Of a stretch of 64,000 bases of DNA, positions 29,847 to 39,420 are shown one piece after another; positions within the stretch are counted from its first letter, which is position 1, and each line of letters opens with the position of its first letter. The notes beneath the pieces were generated by a model. That model searched no databases. It saw nothing but the letters and a program-made list of their open reading frames with translations, and was not told where the DNA came from. The DNA is from a bacterium (GTDB lineage Bacteria > SM23-31). The stretch lies in contig OZ252239.1 in assembly GCA_965249485.1 (NCBI GenBank), positions 1,888,001 to 1,952,000 on the forward strand, read 5' to 3'. Both the position numbers and the translations under genes were made by a program.

Positions 29847-30698
29847 TTACATCTCGTCTGCCACAACAGGGCATTCAAGTGGATGAAATCCGGAAATTTC
29901 ACACCGTACAACATCCCCTGCCTTAATGCGCCACCGGCCGGGTGTACCGGTTGAAAATATATCACTCGGTTCGAGCTTCATTACCTTGGAGTGAAAACTG
30001 ACAATTTCCAACGGATTGAATGTCATATTTGAGACAGTATTTTCCGCACGGATTTCCCCATTGACAACTGTTCGGATAATTAGCTCACTTACTTCCGGAA
30101 TCTCATCCTCCGTGATCACTACGGGACCGAAACTGAAAAACGTATCATAGCTCTTTGCCCGTGTAAGGTAACGTGGATTCTGTTTGAGAATATCTTCTTC
30201 AGTCATATCGATGATGCAGGTATAACCGAGAATGTATTCCGGCACTTCTTCCGGCGAGATGTTTTTACATGTCCGGCCCATAATGACACCCAGTTCCGCC
30301 TCAGCTGTAACTCCGTGTGATCCGGCAGGAACTCTGATTGCGTCGCCATAACCGATAACTGCTGTTGTCGGTTTCATGAAACTTGCCGGCTGTTGCGGTA
30401 ATGATTCATCAAGATCATCAGCATGGTCCCGGTAATTGAGCCCGATGCCCCATATCTTTCCCGGTCTCCTGTACAGCGGAGCAAAGGAGACATCCGGTAC
30501 TGAAGGTGAATGAGGGAGTGGATTTTCCTCAAAACGTTTCTGAATTTCAGGGATAAATTGACCGTTTATGAGTTCAGAAAATGTTGTTGGAAAATCGGTA
30601 TCGTACGCATTGTTCATTTCGCGAATTAAAACGATTCCATCTGATGTTACGATTCCTACTTGTTCAGAATTGTCAGTCTTTATCGTTGTCAGTTTCAT
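29847..30698 (-). CDS. Fumarylacetoacetate hydrolase family protein
   Basis: IGLNY.DH, FMKP, EAELG, RAKS.DTF, TGTPG. Confidence 0.93.
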   Translation of the reverse strand: MKLTTIKTDNSEQVGIVTSDGIVLIREMNNAYDTDFPTTFSELINGQFIPEIQKRFEENPLPHSPSVPDVSFAPLYRRPGKIWGIGLNYRDHADDLDESLPQQPASFMKPTTAVIGYGDAIRVPAGSHGVTAEAELGVIMGRTCKNISPEEVPEYILGYTCIIDMTEEDILKQNPRYLTRAKSYDTFFSFGPVVITEDEIPEVSELIIRTVVNGEIRAENTVSNMTFNPLEIVSFHSKVMKLEPSDIFSTGTPGRWRIKAGDVVRCEISGFHPLECPVVADEM

Positions 30699-30831
30699 AC
30701 TTTGAATATTATTTTCCGGTTAGATAAAATATGCCTCGATATGAATGCATCCTGCACTCAACCGAACTCAAATGTATAATGTGCTCAATAAAAATCAAGA
30801 CATTTATAATATGACGACTGTACTTTGCTGT

Positions 30832-31071
30832 TTAATATTTCTTATTATCGAACAACTCTTTAGCCATTGCAGTAATGTGTACAGCCGCCATTTCGAACTC
30901 TTTGACGAGTTCCCACAGTGCACCGGAATCCCCAAGCCGGTCATTCACACCAACCATTCCGAAAAGGAACGTATTGCCATAAAACTCAGGCGAATCAAAA
31001 ATAGCAGAACCGACTCTGAATCCGAGTCCGCCGATCTGGTGTTCTTCTGCGGTCACTACAACCTCCCCATA
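30832..31071 (-). pseudogene. Remnant of a transketolase C-terminal domain
   Basis: VVVTAEEHQIGGLG...GVNDR.GDSG..WEL..EF, with a stop just upstream and no N-terminal domains. Confidence 0.75.
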
Positions 31072-31292
31072 TTATAAATAACTAAATTGTACAATTATTA
31101 TACAATTACGCGCATTAGTGTTATACACTTTTTATAAGGTATTGTACTATCATTCGTAAGAATCATAGAATTTATTTTACCAAAAATGGGAAAGTATAAC
31201 GATGTGTTGAATAGTAGGAATTATTCAAATAGAATGATATTTTAGTATGGTATAGAATTTGAAAGAGGCTGAAATAGAGGAGTTATATCTCC

Positions 31293-31321
31293 TTGACTCA
31301 TTCTAATATTTTTCGTACATT
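31293..31321 (+). promoter_or_regulatory. sigma70 promoter of the Rrf2-nadA unit
   Basis: TTGACT-N17-TACATT. Confidence 0.6.
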
Positions 31322-31357
31322 AAATACGACCCAAATATACGGAATTAGAAAAAAAAT

Positions 31358-31756
31358 ATGCTCCGGTTAAAAAAAAGAAGCGAATACGGAATTATGGCGA
31401 TGAAATATGTTGCAGCCGTGAAAAACGGAGAGAGCTGAAGTGCCCGGGCAATCGCTGATTATTTTAATATTCCTCACGAAGTTATTGCGAAGATACTGCA
31501 AAAACTTGTGAGAAAGGGACTTGTCCAATCTCAAAAGGGAAAACACGGCGGTTATAAACTGATGCGGGAGCCAGGTTCGATAACTCTCGGCGATATCATA
31601 AGTGCCGTAGAAGACCGGATTTATAATATCGATTGTGCTACTGAACGGGGTTTGCGTTGCGATCTTGAAGGTGTCATAAAGCAGATACAAAAAGATTTAA
31701 CAAATTATTTTCATGGTATATCGCTCAATGATCTTGATAGAGCAATGCAAAGTTAA
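31358..31756 (+). pseudogene. Rrf2/IscR-family regulator with an in-frame TGA at codon 27 (31436-31438)
   Basis: Manual translation gives MLRLKKRSEYGIMAMKYVA...GES*SARAIADYFNIP...KILQKL...S.KG..GGY.L...ITLGDII.AVE. Confidence 0.88.
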
Positions 31757-31820
31757 ACCATAATTTTTTCAAGTATTCTCGTATTAAAGTAGTTTAAAAT
31801 ATAAATGTAAAGGGATAACT

Positions 31821-32909
31821 ATGAGTATTTCTGTCGATGTCCTGGAACATCCTCTGATAGAAACAGACGATAATCTGGTTCGCCAGATAACTGAGGTCAG
31901 AGAAAAACTCGGTGACAGAGTAATGCTGCTTGGCCACCACTATCAACGGGATAATATTGTACAATTTGCCGACAGGACCGGAGATTCATTAGGGCTTGCA
32001 TATGCTGCTGCTGAATCGGATGCTGAGAACATAGTGTTTTGCGGTGTCCATTTTATGGCAGAAACTGCCGATATATTAACGAAGAAGTCTCAAAAAGTCA
32101 TATTGCCAGACTTGAAAGCCGGGTGTTCGATGGCAGATATGGCAAATATAGATCAACTTGAAGAGTGCTGGGATGAGTTAACTGCTATTACACAAGACAA
32201 AATCATTCCGATTACTTACGTCAATTCGACTGCGGCCATCAAATCTTTTTGTGGAGAGCATGACGGCACGGTGTGTACGTCATCAAATGCAAAAGCAGTT
32301 TTGGCGTGGGCTTTGGAACGGGGTGATAAAGTGCTCTTTCTTCCTGACCAGCATCTCGGGCGGAACACTGCCTACAAGATGGGTATTCCCATCGAAGATA
32401 TGGTGCTCTACAATCCCCTGCTCTCCGGTGGAGGAGCGAAACCGGATAAGTATGCACGAGCTAAAATCATCCTATGGTACGGTTTCTGTAGTGTCCATAT
32501 GAATTTTCGTCCGCAATATGTAGATCTTTTCAGGGAAAAGTATCCGGGTATCAATATTCTCGTTCATCCCGAGTGTATGTTCGAGGTTGCTCAGAAGGCA
32601 GATTACTGTGGCTCGACGTCGTTTATAATCAAGATGATTCAAAACGCTCCATACGGATCGAAGTGGGCAATCGGAACAGAAAACCATCTGGTGAATCGTC
32701 TAAAGAACGAACATCCTGATAAATTTATTATTCCGTTATCTACCTATGCCTGCCAGTGTGCAACCATGTACCGGATTGATCCGGAACACTTATTGGAATC
32801 CCTGAACGCACTATATAATGGATCTGTTGTCAACCAAATCACGGTACCGGATGATGTTGCAGTCAATTCACGTGTAGCATTAAAGAGGATGATGGAAATT
32901 ACCGGTTGA
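31821..32909 (+). CDS. nadA: Quinolinate synthase
   Basis: LGHHYQR, FCGVHFMAE, GCSMA, CSVH, VHPEC, CATM. Confidence 0.96.
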   Translation: MSISVDVLEHPLIETDDNLVRQITEVREKLGDRVMLLGHHYQRDNIVQFADRTGDSLGLAYAAAESDAENIVFCGVHFMAETADILTKKSQKVILPDLKAGCSMADMANIDQLEECWDELTAITQDKIIPITYVNSTAAIKSFCGEHDGTVCTSSNAKAVLAWALERGDKVLFLPDQHLGRNTAYKMGIPIEDMVLYNPLLSGGGAKPDKYARAKIILWYGFCSVHMNFRPQYVDLFREKYPGINILVHPECMFEVAQKADYCGSTSFIIKMIQNAPYGSKWAIGTENHLVNRLKNEHPDKFIIPLSTYACQCATMYRIDPEHLLESLNALYNGSVVNQITVPDDVAVNSRVALKRMMEITG

Positions 32910-33013
32910 TGAATCCGGTGTTACATAATCATTAATATTCCAAAATTACAATTCAATATTAGTCTAATTGGTTTGATCACACGGACCGTTCTACTCATCC
33001 TGAGTGGTACATC

Positions 33014-34408
33014 ATGAATAAATCGTTTGATGTTATTGTTATCGGCGGTGGTCCCGGTGGGTATGTTGCAGCTATACGTGCCTCGCAGCTTGGTCTTTCA
33101 TCTGCTTTGGTAGAGCGGGAGAAATTGGGTGGAGTATGTTTGAATTGGGGATGCATCCCGTCGAAAGCGCTGTTGAAAAATGCAGAGATTTACAATCTGT
33201 TCAAAAAGGGCAGCGACTATGGATACAGTCTTGACAATCTGAGTTTCAATCTTTCTAAAATTGTCGAACGAAGCAGGTCAGTTGCCGATCAGATGTCGAA
33301 TGGTGTTGAATATCTTATGAAACATAATCAGATTCAATGCTTTTCCGGTATGGGAGCGTTAAAAGACAATGAAACCGTTCAGATCAGGAATAACGGCAAA
33401 AAAACTGATCAAATTACAGCAAGACATATCATTGTGGCAACCGGGGGACGTCCGCGCTCACTGCCGGAGATTGCTATTGATGGAAAAATTATTATTTCGA
33501 GTAAAGAAGCGCTTGTACCGGAAATTATACCCAAATCGTTGACCATAATCGGCGGCGGTGCAATCGGTGTCGAATTCGCCTATTTTTATTCCAGTTTTGG
33601 CTCGAATGTTACAATTGTTGAGATGATGCCTCAATTGCTGCCGAATGAAGACGCAGAAATAAGCAGGCATTTGACACGTTCACTTAAAAAGCTTGGTATT
33701 ACCGTCCATACTAGCTCAAAAGTTGAACGGACAAAAAAGTCTGCAAATGGTGCTGAAATAACGGTAAGTTCCGGGGGTAAAGAATCGAAAATCAAGAGTG
33801 CCCGTCTGCTCATAGCGGTTGGTGTGGAACCCAACACGGAATCAATGGGGCTTGATAAATTAGGCGTGGAAAAAGAAAATGGTTTTATTAGGGTAGACGA
33901 ACATTTCGAAACATCGGTATCCGGTGTGTATGCCATAGGTGATTGTATAGGCGGTTCACTTCTGGCGCATACAGCATCTGCCGAAGGGATTGCCTGTACA
34001 GAGTATATTGCAGGACACTCGGATGCACTTGTCGACTATGATTCAATCCCACGATGTACCTACTGCCAACCGCAGGTTGCCAGTATTGGATTAACGGAAG
34101 AACAGGCAAAACAGGCAGGTTATGAGCTGAAAGTTGGCAAATATCAATTAAAAGCTAACGGTAAAGCTGTTGCTGCTGCTGAAAGTGACGGGATGGTGAA
34201 ACTGATTTTCGATGCTAAATATGGCGAATTGCTCGGCGCGCATATAATCGGATCAAATGCTTCTGAATTGATTGCTGAATTAGGAGTAGCAAAAACACTT
34301 GAAGCAACCTATGTTGAAATCCTGAAAACTGTTCATGCTCATCCGACAATGGCTGAAAGTATTATGGAGGCTGCTGGTCAGGCGTATGGTGAAGCAATAC
34401 ATGTTTAG
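33014..34408 (+). CDS. lpdA: Dihydrolipoamide dehydrogenase (E3)
   Basis: GGGPGGYVAA, GGVCLNWGCIPSK, HAHPT.AE. Confidence 0.97.
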   Translation: MNKSFDVIVIGGGPGGYVAAIRASQLGLSSALVEREKLGGVCLNWGCIPSKALLKNAEIYNLFKKGSDYGYSLDNLSFNLSKIVERSRSVADQMSNGVEYLMKHNQIQCFSGMGALKDNETVQIRNNGKKTDQITARHIIVATGGRPRSLPEIAIDGKIIISSKEALVPEIIPKSLTIIGGGAIGVEFAYFYSSFGSNVTIVEMMPQLLPNEDAEISRHLTRSLKKLGITVHTSSKVERTKKSANGAEITVSSGGKESKIKSARLLIAVGVEPNTESMGLDKLGVEKENGFIRVDEHFETSVSGVYAIGDCIGGSLLAHTASAEGIACTEYIAGHSDALVDYDSIPRCTYCQPQVASIGLTEEQAKQAGYELKVGKYQLKANGKAVAAAESDGMVKLIFDAKYGELLGAHIIGSNASELIAELGVAKTLEATYVEILKTVHAHPTMAESIMEAAGQAYGEAIHV

Positions 34409-34447
34409 CTCAAATGCATTAACAGTAATTTCAATTTTATTACCATA

Positions 34448-35122
34448 ATGAATAATTCAACTCTTGATGTCCGCTTTCTCGGAAAACAGGAATTTCACTC
34501 CACATGGGAATATCAGCAGCAGTTAGCTGTCGAAAGACTAAAAGGTAATATATCCGACACACTGCTTTTTGTTGAGCACGATCCTGTGTTTACGATAGGT
34601 AAATCGGGAAGTGAGAGCAACATCAGAGGTGCTTTTGACGGTACTCATGTCAACAAAATTCCTGTTATCCATATTGACCGTGGAGGAGATATAACATTTC
34701 ACGGACCCGGCCAGCTTGTTGGGTATCCTGTATTGAAACTCACCGATTATTACGCTGATCTCCATAAGTATCTGCGAAACCTTGAAGAAGTCATTATACA
34801 GTCACTTTCTGAGTTTACAATATCTGCAGTTCGCCGAGAAGGATTAACAGGAGTTTGGGTCGGTAATAAAAAAATCGCTTCGATTGGTGTCAAGGTTACC
34901 AGATGGGTTACCTATCATGGATTTGCATTGAATGTCAATACAGATTTAAATTATTTTAGCATGATTACCCCCTGCGGAATAGATGGTTGCGTTACAACGT
35001 CCATAAAAGATTTGACAAAGAAAAAACACCGGCTCGAATTTGTTGCATCGATTGTTGAATCAAAATTCAGGAAACTATTTGTTCCTAATAACGAATCGGT
35101 TCAGGTATCTTTGAATCAGTAA
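34448..35122 (+). CDS. lipB: Lipoyl(octanoyl) transferase
   Basis: EH.PVFT.G, RGGDITFHGPGQLVGYP, KIASIG, HGFALN, PCG. Confidence 0.96.
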   Translation: MNNSTLDVRFLGKQEFHSTWEYQQQLAVERLKGNISDTLLFVEHDPVFTIGKSGSESNIRGAFDGTHVNKIPVIHIDRGGDITFHGPGQLVGYPVLKLTDYYADLHKYLRNLEEVIIQSLSEFTISAVRREGLTGVWVGNKKIASIGVKVTRWVTYHGFALNVNTDLNYFSMITPCGIDGCVTTSIKDLTKKKHRLEFVASIVESKFRKLFVPNNESVQVSLNQ

Positions 35123-35124
35123 GA

Positions 35125-36228
35125 GTGATTGAAAGAAAAATGGTACAAGCCACCCGAAAAATATCAAAAAAGACACAACATGCGAAGAGTTCAGTTCCCT
35201 CTGGGAATATCGGCACTAACGTAACAAAAGGTTCAGGGAATAATAAATCAGATCAAAAGAGGAAACGATTCAAAGAACCTGACAAAAAACTTCTCATACG
35301 GATGCTGTACAATATGATGCTGCAGAGGAGCGGCGAAGAGCAGATATATGAGCTATATAAAGAGGGGAAAATTGTCGGTGGAGTTTTTTCAGGGAGAGGG
35401 ATGGAGGCAATTCCGGTTGGTGCTGCATCGGCTCTCGATGAAAACGACATAATTTTTCCGTTATTCAGAGATCTTGGTGCTTATTTTGTACGAGGGATGA
35501 GTCTGCGTCAGGTTTTCTGTCAATATCTGGGGAGGAAAAATGGCCCGACCCGTGGACGTGATGCGAATATGCATATGAGCGATCCGAATCACCGGATTTT
35601 CGGTATGATTAGCCACCTTAGTGCCATGATTCCCGTTGCGGCGGGGACTGCTCTGGCAGGACGGTTAAAAAACGAAAATTCGTGTACTTTGACATTTATT
35701 GGTGATGGGGGAACCAGTGCAGGCGATTTTCATGAGGGATTAAATCTCGCCTCGGTAATGAAACTGCCACTTATTGTGATAATAGAAAACAATCAGATTG
35801 CTTACTCAACACCAAGTAATAAACAGTACGCTTGCGCTAATCTGATTGACAGAGCAGCTGGTTACGGTATTGAAGGTTCCTTGATTAACGGAAATGATAT
35901 TCTACAAGTATACAGGACGATAAGAAAAGCTGTTTTGGCGGTAAAAAATGGAAAAGGCCCGATATTAATCGAAGCACAAACGTATCGTATGCCAATTCGT
36001 AACAGTGACAATGGTAAAAACGCCATTGATAATGGATTTGGAAAGTGGACGGATAAAGATCCGATCAAAACGTTTCAAGTCCATTTGAAAAAAAAGAAGT
36101 ATATTAATTCACAACATCTAAAGGAAGCCCAGAATAATATAGATTTGGAAATAGAAGAAGCAGTAAAGTTTGCCGAGGAAAGCCCCTTTCCAGATGGGAT
36201 AGAAGCGATTGATGGTGTGTATGCTTAA
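35125..36228 (+). CDS. 2-oxoacid dehydrogenase E1 alpha subunit (PDH/BCKDH type)
   Basis: TPP motif GDGGTS.GDFHEGLN...ENNQ.AYS. The loop after TYR is atypical. Start is GTG 35125 or ATG 35140. Confidence 0.9.
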   Translation: MIERKMVQATRKISKKTQHAKSSVPSGNIGTNVTKGSGNNKSDQKRKRFKEPDKKLLIRMLYNMMLQRSGEEQIYELYKEGKIVGGVFSGRGMEAIPVGAASALDENDIIFPLFRDLGAYFVRGMSLRQVFCQYLGRKNGPTRGRDANMHMSDPNHRIFGMISHLSAMIPVAAGTALAGRLKNENSCTLTFIGDGGTSAGDFHEGLNLASVMKLPLIVIIENNQIAYSTPSNKQYACANLIDRAAGYGIEGSLINGNDILQVYRTIRKAVLAVKNGKGPILIEAQTYRMPIRNSDNGKNAIDNGFGKWTDKDPIKTFQVHLKKKKYINSQHLKEAQNNIDLEIEEAVKFAEESPFPDGIEAIDGVYA

Positions 36229-36258
36229 TCCAGCTTCCGTATTGTTTGTATAAAGCAG

Positions 36259-37236
36259 ATGACAGATGTAACAACATATAAAGATGCGATCAGCGATGGA
36301 CTGCGTGAAGAAATGCAGAAGGATAGCACTGTGTTCTGTGTCGGTATGGATATCGGCGTATACGGCGGTGCATTCGGGATAACGAAAGGTTTCATTGAAG
36401 AATTTGGAGCAGAGAGAATTATTGAGACACCAATTTCTGAATCTGCCATGATGGGACTTTCAATGGGGGCTGCACTTATGGGGCTCCGGCCTGTAGCCGA
36501 GCTCCAATTTGCCGATTTTCTGAGTAGTTGTTTTAATCAGCTTGTCAATAACATTGCGAAATATCACTATATTCATGGTATACCGGTACCACTGGTGCTC
36601 CGGTGCCCCTGTGGTGGGGGAGTTCATGGGGGACCTTTCCATTCGCAGAATAATGAGTCCTGGTTTTTCCGTGTCCCGGGTCTGAAAATAGTTGCTCCGT
36701 CAACACCCTACGATGCAAAAGGTCTGTTGAAATCCGCAATCAGGGACAATAATCCTGTGCTCTTTATGGAACATAAATATCTCTACCGGAGAGTGAAAGA
36801 AGCGCTGCCGGAAGAAGACTATACGGTTCCAATTGGGAAGGGAATTGTCAGACGGGTTGGTGAAGATGCGACACTTGTTACTTATGGGTCGACTGTCCAT
36901 ATGGCACTCGAAGCAGCTTCAAATCTGGTGCAGGACGGAATTTCTATAGAAGTTATCGATTTACGGACGGTCATGCCATTTGACCGCGATCTGATTGTGA
37001 AATCTGCGAAAAAAACGGGTAAAGTGCTCATTGTTCATGAGGAATCGCTTACCGGTGGCGTAGGTGGTGAGCTTGCAGCTCTTGTTGCGGAAGAGGCATT
37101 TGAATATCTAGATGCACCGGTCAGGCGATTAGCAGGGCTCGATATACCGGTCCCGTTCAGTACGCCTCTGGAAAAGTACTATCTCCCCAGTGCTAAGAAA
37201 ATTTCATCAGCACTCCGGGAGTTAATTTATTATTGA
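36259..37236 (+). CDS. 2-oxoacid dehydrogenase E1 beta subunit
   Basis: TPISE, ELQFADF, GPFHSQ, EHK.LY, EVIDLRT. Confidence 0.95.
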   Translation: MTDVTTYKDAISDGLREEMQKDSTVFCVGMDIGVYGGAFGITKGFIEEFGAERIIETPISESAMMGLSMGAALMGLRPVAELQFADFLSSCFNQLVNNIAKYHYIHGIPVPLVLRCPCGGGVHGGPFHSQNNESWFFRVPGLKIVAPSTPYDAKGLLKSAIRDNNPVLFMEHKYLYRRVKEALPEEDYTVPIGKGIVRRVGEDATLVTYGSTVHMALEAASNLVQDGISIEVIDLRTVMPFDRDLIVKSAKKTGKVLIVHEESLTGGVGGELAALVAEEAFEYLDAPVRRLAGLDIPVPFSTPLEKYYLPSAKKISSALRELIYY

Positions 37237-37441
37237 AATTGTTTTAATGATTGCCGACAGTTTTTTACTTAAATTTGAAGTGTAAGAGTGGAAAAACTTT
37301 TAAAGGGCAATTAATTTACATTACTATCATTTAGTACATTTTTTGAATTCTCGGGAGATTCGCAATCTCTTTAATGATTTAAATATTAGTTTAGTCAAGA
37401 ATTTAATTAAAAGAATATATATGATTTGAAGTGATGGTATC

Positions 37442-39379
37442 ATGAATAAGAATTTAGTGCAGAAAATATTTGATGCCCATTTGGTTTCAGGAACATTAAA
37501 ACCGGGTGAGCCTCTTTCCGTAAAAGTTGACCAAGTGTTGACGCAGGATGCGACTGGAACGATGGCATATCTCCAGTTTGAAGCATTGGGACTGCCGAAA
37601 ATAAAAACTGAAGTAGCAGTTTCTTATGTCGATCATAACATGCTCCAGACCAATTTTCGCAGTGCAGATGATCATAAATATCTTCAGACATCTGCGGCGA
37701 AATATGGAGCATACTACTCCAGGCCGGGAAACGGTATTTGCCATCAAGTGCACCTCGAAAGGTTTGGGATTCCAGGTAAAATTCTTCTTGGTTCCGACAG
37801 CCATACACCGACCGGCGGTGGTCTAGGTATGGTGTCCATTGGTGTCGGCGGAATCGATATTGCAACGACGATGGCAGGAGAACCTTTTGAACTGATAATG
37901 CCCAAAATAGTCAGGATAAACCTAACGGGCAAACTGAGCCGTCCTTGGGTAGCATCGATGGATATTATTCTCGAACTCCTGCGGCAGTTGAGTGTCAAGG
38001 GTGGTGTGGGAAAAATTTTTGAATACTCAGGTCCCGGTGTTGAAGATCTCAGCCTCCCGGAACGCGCAACGATTACTAATATGAGTGCTGAGCTTGGCGC
38101 TACTACATCGCTGTTTCCGAGTGATGAGAGAACTAAATTTTTCATGGAAGCACAGGGAAGAGGGAAAGACTGGATACCATTCAGTGCAGATGACGGAGCT
38201 GAATATGACGATGAAATTACGATAGATCTCAACGAACTTGAACCGCTTGTAGCGCAACCCCACAGTCCCGACAATGTTGTGAAAATTAAAGAAATCGCCG
38301 GACTCAAAGTAGATCAGGTCTGTGTCGGAAGCTGTACCAATTCATCCTTTCAGGTGATGTCTGGTATCGGAACACTCCTCCACGATAAAGCGATTGCCCC
38401 GCATGTCAGTATGACGGTAACTCCCGGCACTAAGCAGGTGTATGAAATGATGGCGCAGCATGGCGACCTCACGAATATGATCGCGGCAGGTGTCAGGATT
38501 CTTGAATCGGCATGTGGTCCATGTATTGGTATGGGTCAAGCCCCACCATCTGATGGAATATCGATCAGGTCGTTTAACCGTAATTTCAAAGGCAGAAGCG
38601 GTACGGCGAATGCAAATGTCTACCTTTGTAATCCGTTTGTTGCGTCAGTAATCACTCTTAAAGGCGAAGTGTTTGATCCAAATGGTTCAGACTTACATTT
38701 TGATCTAAAACCTGAAGTAAGCACCTACTTTGTGAATGACAATTTTCTCATAGCTCCACCGGAAGACCGTGATAGTGTAGAAGTATTACGCGGCCCGAAC
38801 ATCAAACCCGTTCCGGTGAATAAGCCGATAAACGATGAAATTGTAGCAGAAATCATTTTGAAGACAAGTGATAATATCTCTACGGATGATATATTACCGG
38901 CCGGCAGCGATATTCTCCCATTCCGGTCAAATATTCCGGCTATTTCGGAATTTACTTTTTCACGGTTAGATACAACATTTGCCCAGCGTGCAAAAGAGGC
39001 CGGAGCAAGCATCATCGTTGGTGGGAATAACTATGGACAGGGTTCTTCACGAGAGCATGCAGCTATGGCTCCTATGTTTCTTGGTGTCAAAGCAGTCATT
39101 ACCAAGAGTTTTGCCAGAATTCATCGGGCAAACCTAATCAATTTCGGTATACTCCCGCTTGAATTTGACGATCCTTCATCATATGATTCAATTGAACAGG
39201 GAGATATGCTGAAGTTTTCCGGTATTCTCGGTCAATTGGAAAACAGCGGAAAGTTTTCAGTCGAAAACACCCGTACTGGTGAGGCTTTCGGTGCTCACGC
39301 TGTCTTGACAACCCATCAACAGGAAGTATTAAAAGCAGGAGGTCTTCTGTCGCATATAAAATCGAAAACTGGAAAATAA
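37442..39379 (+). CDS. acn: Aconitate hydratase (short Aquifex/Clostridia type)
   Basis: TQDATGT, GICHQVH, DSHT, GSCTN, CGPCIG, GSSREHA. Confidence 0.93.
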   Translation: MNKNLVQKIFDAHLVSGTLKPGEPLSVKVDQVLTQDATGTMAYLQFEALGLPKIKTEVAVSYVDHNMLQTNFRSADDHKYLQTSAAKYGAYYSRPGNGICHQVHLERFGIPGKILLGSDSHTPTGGGLGMVSIGVGGIDIATTMAGEPFELIMPKIVRINLTGKLSRPWVASMDIILELLRQLSVKGGVGKIFEYSGPGVEDLSLPERATITNMSAELGATTSLFPSDERTKFFMEAQGRGKDWIPFSADDGAEYDDEITIDLNELEPLVAQPHSPDNVVKIKEIAGLKVDQVCVGSCTNSSFQVMSGIGTLLHDKAIAPHVSMTVTPGTKQVYEMMAQHGDLTNMIAAGVRILESACGPCIGMGQAPPSDGISIRSFNRNFKGRSGTANANVYLCNPFVASVITLKGEVFDPNGSDLHFDLKPEVSTYFVNDNFLIAPPEDRDSVEVLRGPNIKPVPVNKPINDEIVAEIILKTSDNISTDDILPAGSDILPFRSNIPAISEFTFSRLDTTFAQRAKEAGASIIVGGNNYGQGSSREHAAMAPMFLGVKAVITKSFARIHRANLINFGILPLEFDDPSSYDSIEQGDMLKFSGILGQLENSGKFSVENTRTGEAFGAHAVLTTHQQEVLKAGGLLSHIKSKTGK

Positions 39380-39420
39380 TCTATACTGAATAAAGAATTT
39401 CCCAATGAAGGAATCAAATT

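Noticed and set aside
10785..31438. Alternative genetic code or pyrrolysine as the explanation for the in-frame stops
   Set aside because: The three interruptions use three different stop codons, and all three codons terminate normal genes in the window.
31757..31820. NAD+ riboswitch before nadA
   Set aside because: The spacer is only 64 nt, AT-rich and unstructured.
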